Virus record (IMG/VR): IMGVR_UViG_3300009128_000002
DNA length: 64,000 nt
Source: a virus
Strand: one strand, 5' to 3'
The translations under genes and the position numbers were made by a program. Of this stretch, positions 47,658 through 56,785 are shown in pieces. Position 1 is the stretch's first letter. Each line of letters opens with the position of its first letter. The notes below the pieces were generated by a model that was given only the letters and a program-made list of their open reading frames with translations, was not told where the DNA came from and did not search any database.

Positions 47658-47972
47658 ATGGATAAAATGAGTAAACGTGCAATGGGTATTTTTTCAGCAC
47701 TGGTGCTATGGACAATATTATCAACAATGATTGTATCATCCGCATATGCTAATGTGACTATGGATGTTGATAAATGGAATGGGCCATCTGGTACATATCT
47801 ATGTAAAGATGTAAAGACGTGTTGGTTATTATATAGAGCGGCTGAAGTACGCGGTGATACTTATTACTGTAATTCAGTAGCAATCAAACGTGACGGACGA
47901 ATTGTATGGTACAAGAACTTCTATCCAAACATTAGACGGTCAAACTATGACTTCCCGATGAACGTTAAATAA
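47658..47972 (+). CDS. Secreted Cys-containing protein
   Basis: Signal peptide ending AYA. Confidence 0.65.
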   Translation: MDKMSKRAMGIFSALVLWTILSTMIVSSAYANVTMDVDKWNGPSGTYLCKDVKTCWLLYRAAEVRGDTYYCNSVAIKRDGRIVWYKNFYPNIRRSNYDFPMNVK

Positions 47973-47980
47973 CACACTCT

Positions 47981-48004
47981 AACCCTCTTAATTGAGGGTT
48001 TTTT
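47981..48004 (+). terminator. Rho-independent terminator
   Basis: AACCCTC-TTAATT-GAGGGTT-TTTT. Confidence 0.75.
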
Positions 48005-48011
48005 ATAAATA
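48004..48011 (+). promoter_or_regulatory. T4 late promoter for phoH
   Basis: TATAAATA. Confidence 0.6.
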
Positions 48012-48045
48012 ATTTATAATTTAACTCATAAAGGGCCTTTATAAT

Positions 48046-48750
48046 ATGGCAAAGAAGAGTACAATCCGTTCAGCAAAAGCACTGATGAACAAACAACACC
48101 TAGAGCTACAAAAAGTAGTCCCATTAACTGATTCTCAAACAACTTTCTTCAACAATTACGACACAGGTAAATCGCAGGTATTATCAGGTTCAGCAGGAAC
48201 AGGTAAAACCTTTATGTCTTTATACAAAGCATTTGATGAAATCCTTAATTCCAAACAAAACTACAGAAGGATTGTTATTGTAAGATCTGCAGTTGCCACC
48301 AGAGATATAGGACACCTGCCTGGAACACTAGAAGAAAAACAAGCAATCTATGAAATTCCTTACATTGGAATATGCAATGAATTGTTTAATAGAGGTGACG
48401 CCTATGGATTGATGAAAAAGAATAACATTGTAGATTTTATGCTAACTTCATATGTAAGAGGTATAACACTAGACGAAACCATTGTGATAGTAGATGAATA
48501 CCAAAACCTAACATCTGCCGAAGCAGACTCTATTATAACCAGATTAGGAAAGGGTTCTAAGATTATATTCTGTGGTGATACTTGCCAGACAGATTTTCAA
48601 AAGAACTCTGAAAAGGATATTGATAAATTTTTATATGTACTTGAAAAGATGCCTAAATGGTTTGACCTAAACGAATTTACAGTAGACGATATTGTTAGAT
48701 CAGGTATAGTAAAAGAGTATATTAAAAGCAAACAACACCATAACAGATGA
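48046..48750 (+). CDS. phoH: PhoH-family ATPase
   Basis: GSAGTGKT, IGHLPG, YVRGIT, VDEYQN, TRLG, GD..Q.D, DIVRSG. Confidence 0.93.
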   Translation: MAKKSTIRSAKALMNKQHLELQKVVPLTDSQTTFFNNYDTGKSQVLSGSAGTGKTFMSLYKAFDEILNSKQNYRRIVIVRSAVATRDIGHLPGTLEEKQAIYEIPYIGICNELFNRGDAYGLMKKNNIVDFMLTSYVRGITLDETIVIVDEYQNLTSAEADSIITRLGKGSKIIFCGDTCQTDFQKNSEKDIDKFLYVLEKMPKWFDLNEFTVDDIVRSGIVKEYIKSKQHHNR

Positions 48751-48944
48751 CACCAGACGATAAATTCAATGAAGCATATTTCAAAGAAATGCTTTCATTA
48801 GAAGAACAACTAGAGTATGCCTATTGGATTGATGTATTAGTAGAACATGGTTGTGCTTGTATGGGTGAACTAAGTGAAGAAGAACTAGATGCTAAAATGT
48901 ATCGTATGTATCAATGCGATATAAACCAAGAAACCATGCGATAG
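48747..48944 (+). CDS. Hypothetical protein
   Basis: Overlaps the phoH stop codon. Confidence 0.45.
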   Translation: MTPDDKFNEAYFKEMLSLEEQLEYAYWIDVLVEHGCACMGELSEEELDAKMYRMYQCDINQETMR

Positions 48945-48952
48945 TGTTTATA

Positions 48953-49059
48953 GTAGACGTATGGTGATATGGTAGACGTATGGTGATATGATATAGATGA
49001 TGGATGGTGATATGATATAGATGATGGATGGTGATATGATATAGATGATGGATGGTGAT
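48953..49059. repeat. G/T-rich tandem repeats (19 bp x2, then 24 bp x~2.9)
   Basis: GTAGACGTATGGTGATATG x2; ATATAGATGATGGATGGTGATATG at 48991, 49015, 49039 (partial). Confidence 0.9.
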
Positions 49060-49124
49060 TTCATTGATTGGTGGTATTTTGTGGTGAATAGTGGTTTTTC
49101 TTGGGAAAATAAAAGTAGACCATA

Positions 49125-49166
49125 TACCCCTAAAGTAATATATTTCTCTACCCCTAAAGTAATATA
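49125..49166. repeat. 18-bp direct repeat
   Basis: TACCCCTAAAGTAATATA at 49125 and 49149. Confidence 0.8.
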
Positions 49167-49362
49167 ACAACCCAACCCATCAAAGTAAGAATACCCAAAC
49201 CTTTTAGCCTTACAATAGATCACTATCACTATACACCCCAACCCCAATATATAGTGATCGCTGATCTGTTATACGATCATTATGATCTATCCCATATAAC
49301 ACCAAACAAACCACATGACGGCCACCGTGCCGGCCACCATGCCTAGACCCCATAACTTTCTT

Positions 49363-49399
49363 TCGAAAATAGTTACACAAACGATCGATCATAGTGTAT
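49363..49399 (+). promoter_or_regulatory. 37-bp repeated early-promoter element, copy 1
   Basis: TCGAAAATAGTTACACAAACGATCGATCATAGTGTAT, identical at 49874. Confidence 0.75.
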
Positions 49400-49433
49400 G
49401 ATCATAGTATATTAAATAAGAAATGGAGTTACT

Positions 49434-49655
49434 ATGACATTATTCACTACAAAAAACTTGGTGCGAGATGGTGCCTATGTTTACTATAAGACAGATACTA
49501 CTAAGAAGTTTGTTGCACGATTTAAGTTTAATCGCAAACGTCAAACACAATTTATGAAATTTCTAAGAAATAATATTACAGTTGAACGTTATTTCACTGA
49601 ATACGATCAAGGTGCATCACCGTTAAGTATTGCTAGAGATAGGGGGTTTATTTAG
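49434..49655 (+). CDS. Small early hypothetical protein
   Basis: GGAG RBS; FVARFK. Confidence 0.65.
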   Translation: MTLFTTKNLVRDGAYVYYKTDTTKKFVARFKFNRKRQTQFMKFLRNNITVERYFTEYDQGASPLSIARDRGFI

Positions 49656-49656
49656 T

Positions 49657-49872
49657 ATGGGATATCCTAACGTTACAAATCCTAGTGAAAAGTTAGTATT
49701 TGAAGACATTCAGACTTCAAAACTTGAGTATGGATCATATACAGTAGCCGCATTAGTTAATGGTGAATTAACCCTACGTGATACGGACAAACAATCCCCC
49801 GATGAAGCAATTGAATATTTTAAGGAGATTGCAAAGAGGTGGGCGAAGTATTACCCAAACTATGAAAAATAA
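49657..49872 (+). CDS. Small early hypothetical protein
   Basis: GGGG RBS, ATG 49657. Confidence 0.55.
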   Translation: MGYPNVTNPSEKLVFEDIQTSKLEYGSYTVAALVNGELTLRDTDKQSPDEAIEYFKEIAKRWAKYYPNYEK

Positions 49873-49873
49873 A

Positions 49874-49913
49874 TCGAAAATAGTTACACAAACGATCGAT
49901 CATAGTGTATAAT
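49874..49913 (+). promoter_or_regulatory. 37-bp repeated early-promoter element, copy 2
   Basis: Same 37-mer, running into TATAAT (49908-49913). Confidence 0.75.
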
Positions 49914-50052
49914 ACGTAGTATGTTGAATGAAAAAAGGAGTGTAATATGATTGAAGCAGGTATGATAGCGATCGTGTTGGTTGCAATTATTAGTAAATAT
50001 GTTAACAGTGGCCCTGCTGGTGCCACCCCTATCTTTGTGGAGGTTGAATAGT

Positions 50053-50277
50053 ATGACCCTAGAAACAGAAATTGAAAGTTATATCCGTAAAGCAACTACA
50101 TTCACTGAAAACAAATACAGTGATGGATCAGTTAATTGGAACTACGTTGATGCTGATGCCTGTATGGAGTTTGGTAAATACTTTGCATTGATCGGTGATA
50201 TACTAAACAAGGTTGCTGATGAGTATTTCGAAAAGGAAATTGAAAAACAGGAATATGTTTTTGAAAATAAACTATAA
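50053..50277 (+). CDS. Small early hypothetical protein
   Basis: GGAGG RBS; DGSVNWNYVDAD. Confidence 0.6.
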   Translation: MTLETEIESYIRKATTFTENKYSDGSVNWNYVDADACMEFGKYFALIGDILNKVADEYFEKEIEKQEYVFENKL

Positions 50278-50323
50278 AACAGTTGCATTAATGATCAATA
50301 GTATGGTATAATATGATCATATT

Positions 50324-50590
50324 ATGAATGAGGTGACTATGATAGATAATAAATTGTTTATAAAAGCTAATGATGACGCTCTAAAAGTAGTAAGCAATTA
50401 TCCTACACTACAACCAAACGTACTAAAGATCGTAAAAGAGCTGAGTGATAGTATTATGATCGAGGGGCGTGATGCAATGCGTTCATTGTCTGTGTTCAAT
50501 ACTAAACTAGACAACCTAGTGGTTGCCTATAAGAATGGACAGACTGATCAAATACGTTCTGTTGCTAGTGATTTAGTGGGGTTACTATGA
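50324..50590 (+). CDS. Small early hypothetical protein
   Basis: Follows TTGCAT-18bp-TATAAT (50283-50312); start may be 50339. Confidence 0.55.
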   Translation: MNEVTMIDNKLFIKANDDALKVVSNYPTLQPNVLKIVKELSDSIMIEGRDAMRSLSVFNTKLDNLVVAYKNGQTDQIRSVASDLVGLL

Positions 50591-50805
50591 CGGTTATTGA
50601 TCGTAGAATGATCTACTTAAAATCGATAGGTACTGTGGTAGACGAGGCGTTGGTTTTCTACCCCTTAAATACAAACCTCGGCCCCGACAGACGTATGAAT
50701 CCAAAGGGTGCTGTGGAGTTTATGGACGTGGATCAATCGTTGTTTGAACGTATGAGTTACGGTGATAGAGAATTCCTCGAGGGGTTTATGTTAGGGTTAG
50801 AGTAG
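50587..50805 (+). CDS. Small hypothetical protein
   Basis: LKSIG...YPL...PD; resembles 51243 (LQSVG...HPL...PD). Confidence 0.55.
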   Translation: MTVIDRRMIYLKSIGTVVDEALVFYPLNTNLGPDRRMNPKGAVEFMDVDQSLFERMSYGDREFLEGFMLGLE

Positions 50806-51019
50806 TGGGGTTAGGTGTGGATGGGATAGTGATGTGGATGGTGATTTGAACTTGACGTATATATGTTAGATGAGTAGTGGTGATTCATATCAGATTTAAA
50901 ACAACATCTTTAATATCTCTTTCTACACATATCCAAACACACAATACAAAGTACCCCCCCCCGAATTTTTTTACAGATCATAAAAACCCAGATCCAAAAA
51001 AATTTTACGGATCAAAAAT

Positions 51020-51048
51020 TTGACAAATCCCTTTTTGTATGGTATAAT
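51020..51048 (+). promoter_or_regulatory. Consensus sigma70 promoter
   Basis: TTGACA-17bp-TATAAT. Confidence 0.8.
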
Positions 51049-51054
51049 AATAAT

Positions 51055-51246
51055 ATGAATAAAATAATGTCTATAGTTGGTTTGCTCGGTGGTTCTATAC
51101 TACTAGCATTTGGTATGTTCTCTTTCGTGTACATAGCATACCCATATTCGCTATATGGTTTGCTTGTTGCCCTAATCGGGGTATATGCATTGTGGTTAGG
51201 GATCGAGTTATTAATGAAGTTAGATAATAAAGGAGAAAGTGTATGA
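51055..51246 (+). CDS. Two-TM membrane protein
   Basis: Two hydrophobic helices. Confidence 0.6.
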   Translation: MNKIMSIVGLLGGSILLAFGMFSFVYIAYPYSLYGLLVALIGVYALWLGIELLMKLDNKGESV

Positions 51247-51497
51247 GTGATAATAATTCTACAGTTGAATGTGGTATTTTACTACAGAGTGTCGGTAGTT
51301 GGTGTGATCTTAATGGTGTACATCCACTATGTGAAGATGGTGTACCTGATCTATCTAAGGATATGTGTGTTGGGTATGATGAAATTGAGTTTATTGAATT
51401 TACAGAAATGATGGATGAAAAGGATGCGAAGTTGTATAGGGTTGCATTAAAGGAGTATGATCCGTCCAATCCTTTTGTTACAATGGGGGTTGCATAG
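51243..51497 (+). CDS. Small hypothetical protein
   Basis: AAGGAG RBS. Confidence 0.6.
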   Translation: MSDNNSTVECGILLQSVGSWCDLNGVHPLCEDGVPDLSKDMCVGYDEIEFIEFTEMMDEKDAKLYRVALKEYDPSNPFVTMGVA

Positions 51498-51722
51498 ATG
51501 AATGATGTATGTGTTAATGGGGTAGGTTATACCGTTACTACTCGGGGTGTTTATGATTACTATATCAGAAATGATGTATCTGCTCATGTGGATTTCGAAA
51601 AAGATGAGGATATCATTCTCCAAGTTATGAGTGACTATATCTTCGAAACTGTAGAAAAGTATGATGGTATGGTAACTGAAAAGTATTTGGTTAAAGTTCC
51701 TAGCGATAATAAAGATAAATAA
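51498..51722 (+). CDS. Small hypothetical protein
   Basis: Operon-packed ORF. Confidence 0.5.
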   Translation: MNDVCVNGVGYTVTTRGVYDYYIRNDVSAHVDFEKDEDIILQVMSDYIFETVEKYDGMVTEKYLVKVPSDNKDK

Positions 51723-51725
51723 TAA

Positions 51726-51914
51726 TTGATGGGACGTCCTGTATTAAAGCAATGGTGTGTCATATTTAATGATGGATCGGGTAAGACTGTACTTGGATAT
51801 AGTAAGGATCATGTACGTAAAAATTTTTTAAATGTTCGTTCGGTGTTCAGAATGGGAATAAAGCATTCCGACCCGAACGACAAATACGAGCAAGAAGGAA
51901 TTAGAGGAAAATAG
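51726..51914 (+). CDS. Small hypothetical protein
   Basis: Operon-packed ORF. Confidence 0.45.
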   Translation: MMGRPVLKQWCVIFNDGSGKTVLGYSKDHVRKNFLNVRSVFRMGIKHSDPNDKYEQEGIRGK

Positions 51915-51915
51915 A

Positions 51916-53010
51916 ATGGATAACAAACAACATATTTTTACAAGTGAGTCTGTGGGTGCAGGACACCCCGATAAGGTGGCAGATCAAATAAGTGATGCAT
52001 TGGTGGATGTAAGTCTACGGAATGGTGATGAGTCTACACGTACAGCAATCGAAACATTGGTGACTACAAACTATGTGGTAATTGCAGGGGAAATAAAGAA
52101 TAGTTGTCTTGCAAATAGCGAACACGTGGTTGAGGAAATTGTGCGAAGGAAAATCCAACAGATTGGATATGAGCAAGGTGGTTTTCATTGGGCAAATGTG
52201 GAAGTTGTAAATAGACTGCATTCGCAAAGTGGGGATATTGCACTAGGCACAGATGACTTCGGTGCAGGTGATCAGGGTATAATGTTTGGTTATGCTTGTA
52301 CGGAAACGGATAGTTATATGCCAGCACCTATTCATTATAGTCATCGTATTCTTCAAAACCTAGATCTTAAACGAAAAGAGTCCACTGTATTAGGACCTGA
52401 TTGTAAAAGTCAAGTAAGTATTTGTTACGAAGATGGTGTACCTAAATATGCGACCAATGTAGTTTTATCTACACAACATACAGATGGGGATATTGATGAA
52501 GCACGTGAATTAAGTAAAGAAAGTATTAAAGAAGAGTTGGGTGAACTGTTTTCACCTTCAAAGACTAAACTGTTTCTAAACCCTACAGGTAATTTTGTTA
52601 TTGGGGGCCCTGATGGTGATGCAGGTTTAACAGGAAGAAAAATTATTGTCGACACGTATGGTGGTTATGCACCTCATGGTGGTGGAGCATTCAGTGGAAA
52701 AGATCCAACAAAGGTTGATCGCTCTGCCGCCTATATGTGTAGATGGTTGGCTAAAAAGGCAGTGTCACGAGGACAATGTTCGTGGTGCTCAATACAACTA
52801 TCATATGCCATTGGGGTAGAAGAACCAATGAGTGTTTATGTTGATAGTGATGGTGATAGTGAAGCAATTAGGAAAGGAATATTAAATGAAAATGATTTGA
52901 CCCCATATGGTATTATTACTACATTTGGCTTATTTGATTTTTATAGGTATTCGGATAATTGTATCTACGGACACTTTGGTGATAAAGATGTGCCGTGGGA
53001 AAAGGTATAA
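51916..53010 (+). CDS. metK: S-adenosylmethionine synthetase
   Basis: FTSESV..GHPDK, GAGDQG, GGPDGDAGLTGRKIIVDTYGG, GGGAFSGKDPTKVDRS. Confidence 0.96.
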   Translation: MDNKQHIFTSESVGAGHPDKVADQISDALVDVSLRNGDESTRTAIETLVTTNYVVIAGEIKNSCLANSEHVVEEIVRRKIQQIGYEQGGFHWANVEVVNRLHSQSGDIALGTDDFGAGDQGIMFGYACTETDSYMPAPIHYSHRILQNLDLKRKESTVLGPDCKSQVSICYEDGVPKYATNVVLSTQHTDGDIDEARELSKESIKEELGELFSPSKTKLFLNPTGNFVIGGPDGDAGLTGRKIIVDTYGGYAPHGGGAFSGKDPTKVDRSAAYMCRWLAKKAVSRGQCSWCSIQLSYAIGVEEPMSVYVDSDGDSEAIRKGILNENDLTPYGIITTFGLFDFYRYSDNCIYGHFGDKDVPWEKV

Positions 53011-53032
53011 TATTATGTATAGGAGAAAAGGT

Positions 53033-53419
53033 ATGAGTAAAACTAAACTAGAAGAAGTTCCAGTAATGCGTCCAGCAGATGAATTAAATGTGACTGAAAG
53101 TCACGGTAAGACACACGTAACAATTAACAATGATACTATGAAGGCAGAAATTGTTAATCAGTTATGGGGGTTCTTTGGGTTGCACGGAATTAGAACACTT
53201 CGTAGGACTGAGTTACACGAACTATGTGCAAAGGCACACGGTTTATTAAAAACAGATTCTGATTGGGGTATTCATTCATTTGAAAAACCATTAGATGATT
53301 TAGAAGAGTTGGGTGTTATTGAACGTATTAAATACACTGAACCTAAGAAGGCAACATATATTAGATTAACAAATTCATATATGAGTGCGTGGAAACCAGA
53401 ATTAAAAGCTACTAAATAA
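53033..53419 (+). CDS. Hypothetical protein, possible winged-helix
   Basis: AGGAG RBS; LDDLEELGVIER...YIRLT. Confidence 0.55.
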   Translation: MSKTKLEEVPVMRPADELNVTESHGKTHVTINNDTMKAEIVNQLWGFFGLHGIRTLRRTELHELCAKAHGLLKTDSDWGIHSFEKPLDDLEELGVIERIKYTEPKKATYIRLTNSYMSAWKPELKATK

Positions 53420-53422
53420 AGG

Positions 53423-54115
53423 GTGATAAAATTGATTACAGATAATAAATCAAATGTAAGAACGGTAAGTTATTCTATGCCGGGTGAAGAGTTCACCAAA
53501 GAAGGATTAGAGAATGTACAAGACTTGATTGCCTTTTGTGCTCGGGTTTCCAACCCTAGCAATCAGTTTAATAAAGAAACAAGTGAAAAGTTAATCAAGT
53601 ATCTTATTAAACATAAGCATTGGAGTCCATTAGAAACAGTTAGTGTATGTTTGGAGATTGAAACAACACGTGATATTGGTAGACAAATTTTACGTCATCG
53701 TAGTTTTAGTTTCCAAGAGTTTAGTCAACGATATGCAGATCCTACTAAGGACCTCGATTTTGTAAGACGTGAAGCACGTTTACAAGATACAAAGAACAGA
53801 CAAAACTCTATTGTAACTGATGATGAAGAATTGCAAAACACGTGGGATTTGTACCAAGAGAATGTTTTAATGGCATCACAGGATGCATACAAGTGGGCAA
53901 TTGATAATGGTATTGCGAAGGAACAAGCACGTGCTGTATTGCCAGAAGGTTGTACAATGAGTAGAATGTATATGAATGGAACACTTCGTTCGTGGGTACA
54001 TTACATTGAATTGCGTAGTGCAAATGGTACACAGAAAGAACACATTGATGTTGCATTACAATGTGCAAAAGAAATTGCTAAAATCTTTCCTTTAATGCTA
54101 GACATTATTGAATAG
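53423..54115 (+). CDS. thyX: Flavin-dependent thymidylate synthase
   Basis: HWSPLE, RQILRHRSFSFQEFSQRY, EQARAVLP, LRSW. Confidence 0.96.
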   Translation: MIKLITDNKSNVRTVSYSMPGEEFTKEGLENVQDLIAFCARVSNPSNQFNKETSEKLIKYLIKHKHWSPLETVSVCLEIETTRDIGRQILRHRSFSFQEFSQRYADPTKDLDFVRREARLQDTKNRQNSIVTDDEELQNTWDLYQENVLMASQDAYKWAIDNGIAKEQARAVLPEGCTMSRMYMNGTLRSWVHYIELRSANGTQKEHIDVALQCAKEIAKIFPLMLDIIE

Positions 54116-54127
54116 GTATAGTATAAT
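54099..54127 (+). promoter_or_regulatory. sigma70-type promoter for tRNA/nrdA
   Basis: TAGACA-17bp-TATAAT. Confidence 0.65.
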
Positions 54128-54152
54128 AGTTTAATTAATTGGAGAATATATA

Positions 54153-54296
54153 ATGAGTAAAACACCAATCCCAGGCGTTACATATAAAAAAGACCCTAAT
54201 GGAAATCGCCTAACCAAGAAGGCATCAAGTCACGGATCGTTTAGGTGTAAACGACACCCAAACAGTCCTAGATGCACTAATGGGTCAGTAACATAA
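54153..54296 (+). CDS. Small basic protein (47 aa, not in ORF track)
   Basis: GGAG RBS; MSKTPIPGVTY...CKRHPNSPRC. Confidence 0.5.
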   Translation: MSKTPIPGVTYKKDPNGNRLTKKASSHGSFRCKRHPNSPRCTNGSVT

Positions 54297-54302
54297 AAAT
54301 TC

Positions 54303-54379
54303 GGAGCGGTAGTTCAGCTGGTTAGAATACCTGCCTGTCACGCAGGGGGTCGCGGGTTCGAATCCCGTCCGCTCCGCCA
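54303..54379 (+). tRNA. tRNA-Asp(GTC)
   Basis: Cloverleaf, anticodon loop CTGTCAC, GTTCGAATC, CCA end. Confidence 0.95.
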
Positions 54380-54385
54380 AATAAT

Positions 54386-54460
54386 GCTCGGTTCGTCTAT
54401 CGGTTAGGACCCAAGGTTTTCATCCTTGTAAGAGGGGTTCGATTCCCCTACCGAGTACCA
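54386..54460 (+). tRNA. tRNA-Glu(TTC)
   Basis: CAAGG-TTTTCAT-CCTTG anticodon arm, GGTTCGATTCC, CCA end. Confidence 0.93.
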
Positions 54461-54481
54461 AATTAGTAATAAGGAGAAATA

Positions 54482-56773
54482 ATGAGTGAAATATTTGTAA
54501 AGAAAAGAAGTGGTGATTTAGAACCATTAGAATATGATAAGATACATAATATGTTGGAGTGGTGCTCTAACGGTTTAAATGTATCTGTGTCTGACACTGC
54601 CCTTAATGCACATATTAAATTCGTTAACAAAATATCAACTAAGGATATACAACAAACCCTTGTTAAATCTGCAGCTGAAAAAATCAGTCCACAAGAACCT
54701 GATTATGATATCTATGCAGGTAGATTATTAGTCACCTCTATGAGGAAAGAGGTGTATGGTGGTAATAAAGTTATACCATTTTTAGACTACATTAAAAAGA
54801 ATGTTAAGAGTGGTATCTACTCTAAAGAAATTTTAAACCAATATACCGAAGAAGAAATTGTCGAGTTTGGTGATTTTTTAGATTATGATAATGATTTAAA
54901 TAGGGGTTACGCTTCTATCGTTCAGATGGAAAGTAAATATTTAATTAGGGATGTTAAGAGTGGTATTCTACAAGAAATGCCACAAGAAACGTTTATGATT
55001 ATTCCTATGGTTATTTTTGCTAACGAACCAACTAGAAGAAGAAAACTAATACTTGACTTTTATAATGCATTAAAGGATGATGAGATTAGTCTACCAACGC
55101 CAGTTATTTCTGGTGTACGTACACAATTGAAAATGTTCAGTTCGTGTTGTAAAATTAAAATGGGCGATACTGCAGAGTCAATTCTAGCAACAGAATATGC
55201 AACAAGTTTAATGACAAGTCAAAGAGCAGGTATTGGAGTTGATATGGGCCCAGTCCGTGGCATACTAGCACCTGTTAAGAATAACACTGTTAAACATACA
55301 GGAGCACTACCACTATTAAAGGCAATTGAGTCAGTATCAAAACAGTTTACACAAAATGCATTACGTAGTGGTGCAACGGTAGTTAACTACCCAATCTTCA
55401 ATTGGGAGATTATGGATATACTTGAGTATAAAAATAACCAAGGTTCTAATACAACACGAGCAAGGTTTATTGATTATACAATTGGAATACCATCGATCTT
55501 TATTGAACGTGTAATGAAGAAAGAAGACTTTACCTTGTTTAGTTCAGAAGAAGTGCCTGAGTTATTTGAACATTATGGTGATACTGATAATTTTAATGAA
55601 GCATATTCGAAGTATGAAAATAAACGTGGTATTAGAAAAACAAAAGTACCTGCAGTTGAAATTTTTAATAAGTTAGTTAAAGAGCGAGTTGGTACTGGTC
55701 GCATCTATATACACTTCCTTGATAATATGAATAAACAAGGTATGTTTAGTGAGCCAGTTACACAAACAAATCTTTGTTCTGAAATCTTTCTACCAACTAG
55801 ACCAATGAAGTTTAATGGTTTAAAACAATATGCATATGATGATATTGAGGATTATGATTTAGATGATGGTATGATATCATTATGTATTCTTGGATGTATT
55901 AACTTTGGTAAGTTACAAAATATTACACGTATGGATTTACTTACAAGATTAATGGTAAGGTTTTTAGACAACTTGATTGATATACAAGTGTACCCATTAA
56001 ATGCCGCCGAGTATCCTACACGTCAGTATAGGTTTTTAGGTATTGGTATTAGTGACTTTGCCCACTTCCTTGCCAAGAACGAAGCAAGGTTAGGTACAAC
56101 TAAAGCAAAAGAATTAACACATAAATGGGCAGAGCGTTTCCAATATGGTTTAATTACTGCATCTATGGAACTCGCTAAAGAACGTGGTAGGTGTACTGCA
56201 TTTGATAAGAGTGAATATTCGCTTGGTAAGTTACCTATTGATACATATAATAAGAATGTTGATCAAATAGTCGATAATAAACTATTATGTGATTGGGAGT
56301 GGTTACGTAAGAAAGTTGAAAAACACGGTTTACGTAATATGGCACTATCTGCTATTCCACCAACTGCTTCGTCAAGTTTAGTTAGTAATAGTACACAGGG
56401 TATTGATCCAATTCAATCAGTAACAGATACATTTGAAAGTGCATCATATACAGTTAGAAGTTTAGTACCAGATCATGATAAAGAAAAGTATTATATGAAG
56501 GCTTGGGATTTACCAAATAACGATAGTAGTGAATATATTAAACTTATGGCAATACTACAAAAGTTTATTGACCAAGGTATGAGTGTTAATCAGTGGTATG
56601 ACTTGACAAAGATTGAAGGTAAGGTATTAGATTCAAATAGAGTTAAACGCGATATATTAACTGCATACAAATATGGGTTAAAGAGTTTATATTATATTAG
56701 AAGTAAAGATAAAGAAAATATTAGTGAAAATATAACATCAGGTGGTTGTGAGTCTGGTGCTTGTGCAATTTAA
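54482..56773 (+). CDS. nrdA: Class Ia ribonucleotide reductase alpha subunit
   Basis: ATP cone VKKRSG, SSCC, TNLCSEI, PPTASS, KSLYY, C-terminal CESGAC. Confidence 0.96.
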   Translation: MSEIFVKKRSGDLEPLEYDKIHNMLEWCSNGLNVSVSDTALNAHIKFVNKISTKDIQQTLVKSAAEKISPQEPDYDIYAGRLLVTSMRKEVYGGNKVIPFLDYIKKNVKSGIYSKEILNQYTEEEIVEFGDFLDYDNDLNRGYASIVQMESKYLIRDVKSGILQEMPQETFMIIPMVIFANEPTRRRKLILDFYNALKDDEISLPTPVISGVRTQLKMFSSCCKIKMGDTAESILATEYATSLMTSQRAGIGVDMGPVRGILAPVKNNTVKHTGALPLLKAIESVSKQFTQNALRSGATVVNYPIFNWEIMDILEYKNNQGSNTTRARFIDYTIGIPSIFIERVMKKEDFTLFSSEEVPELFEHYGDTDNFNEAYSKYENKRGIRKTKVPAVEIFNKLVKERVGTGRIYIHFLDNMNKQGMFSEPVTQTNLCSEIFLPTRPMKFNGLKQYAYDDIEDYDLDDGMISLCILGCINFGKLQNITRMDLLTRLMVRFLDNLIDIQVYPLNAAEYPTRQYRFLGIGISDFAHFLAKNEARLGTTKAKELTHKWAERFQYGLITASMELAKERGRCTAFDKSEYSLGKLPIDTYNKNVDQIVDNKLLCDWEWLRKKVEKHGLRNMALSAIPPTASSSLVSNSTQGIDPIQSVTDTFESASYTVRSLVPDHDKEKYYMKAWDLPNNDSSEYIKLMAILQKFIDQGMSVNQWYDLTKIEGKVLDSNRVKRDILTAYKYGLKSLYYIRSKDKENISENITSGGCESGACAI

Positions 56774-56785
56774 TAGGAGGAAAAT

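Noticed and set aside
48892-49392. Minus-strand ORFs with ITIHHLYH / SPSIIYII / GGRH repeats, and a possible CRISPR
   Set aside because: These are translations of non-coding tandem repeats. They lie on the opposite strand to all real genes and have no spacers.
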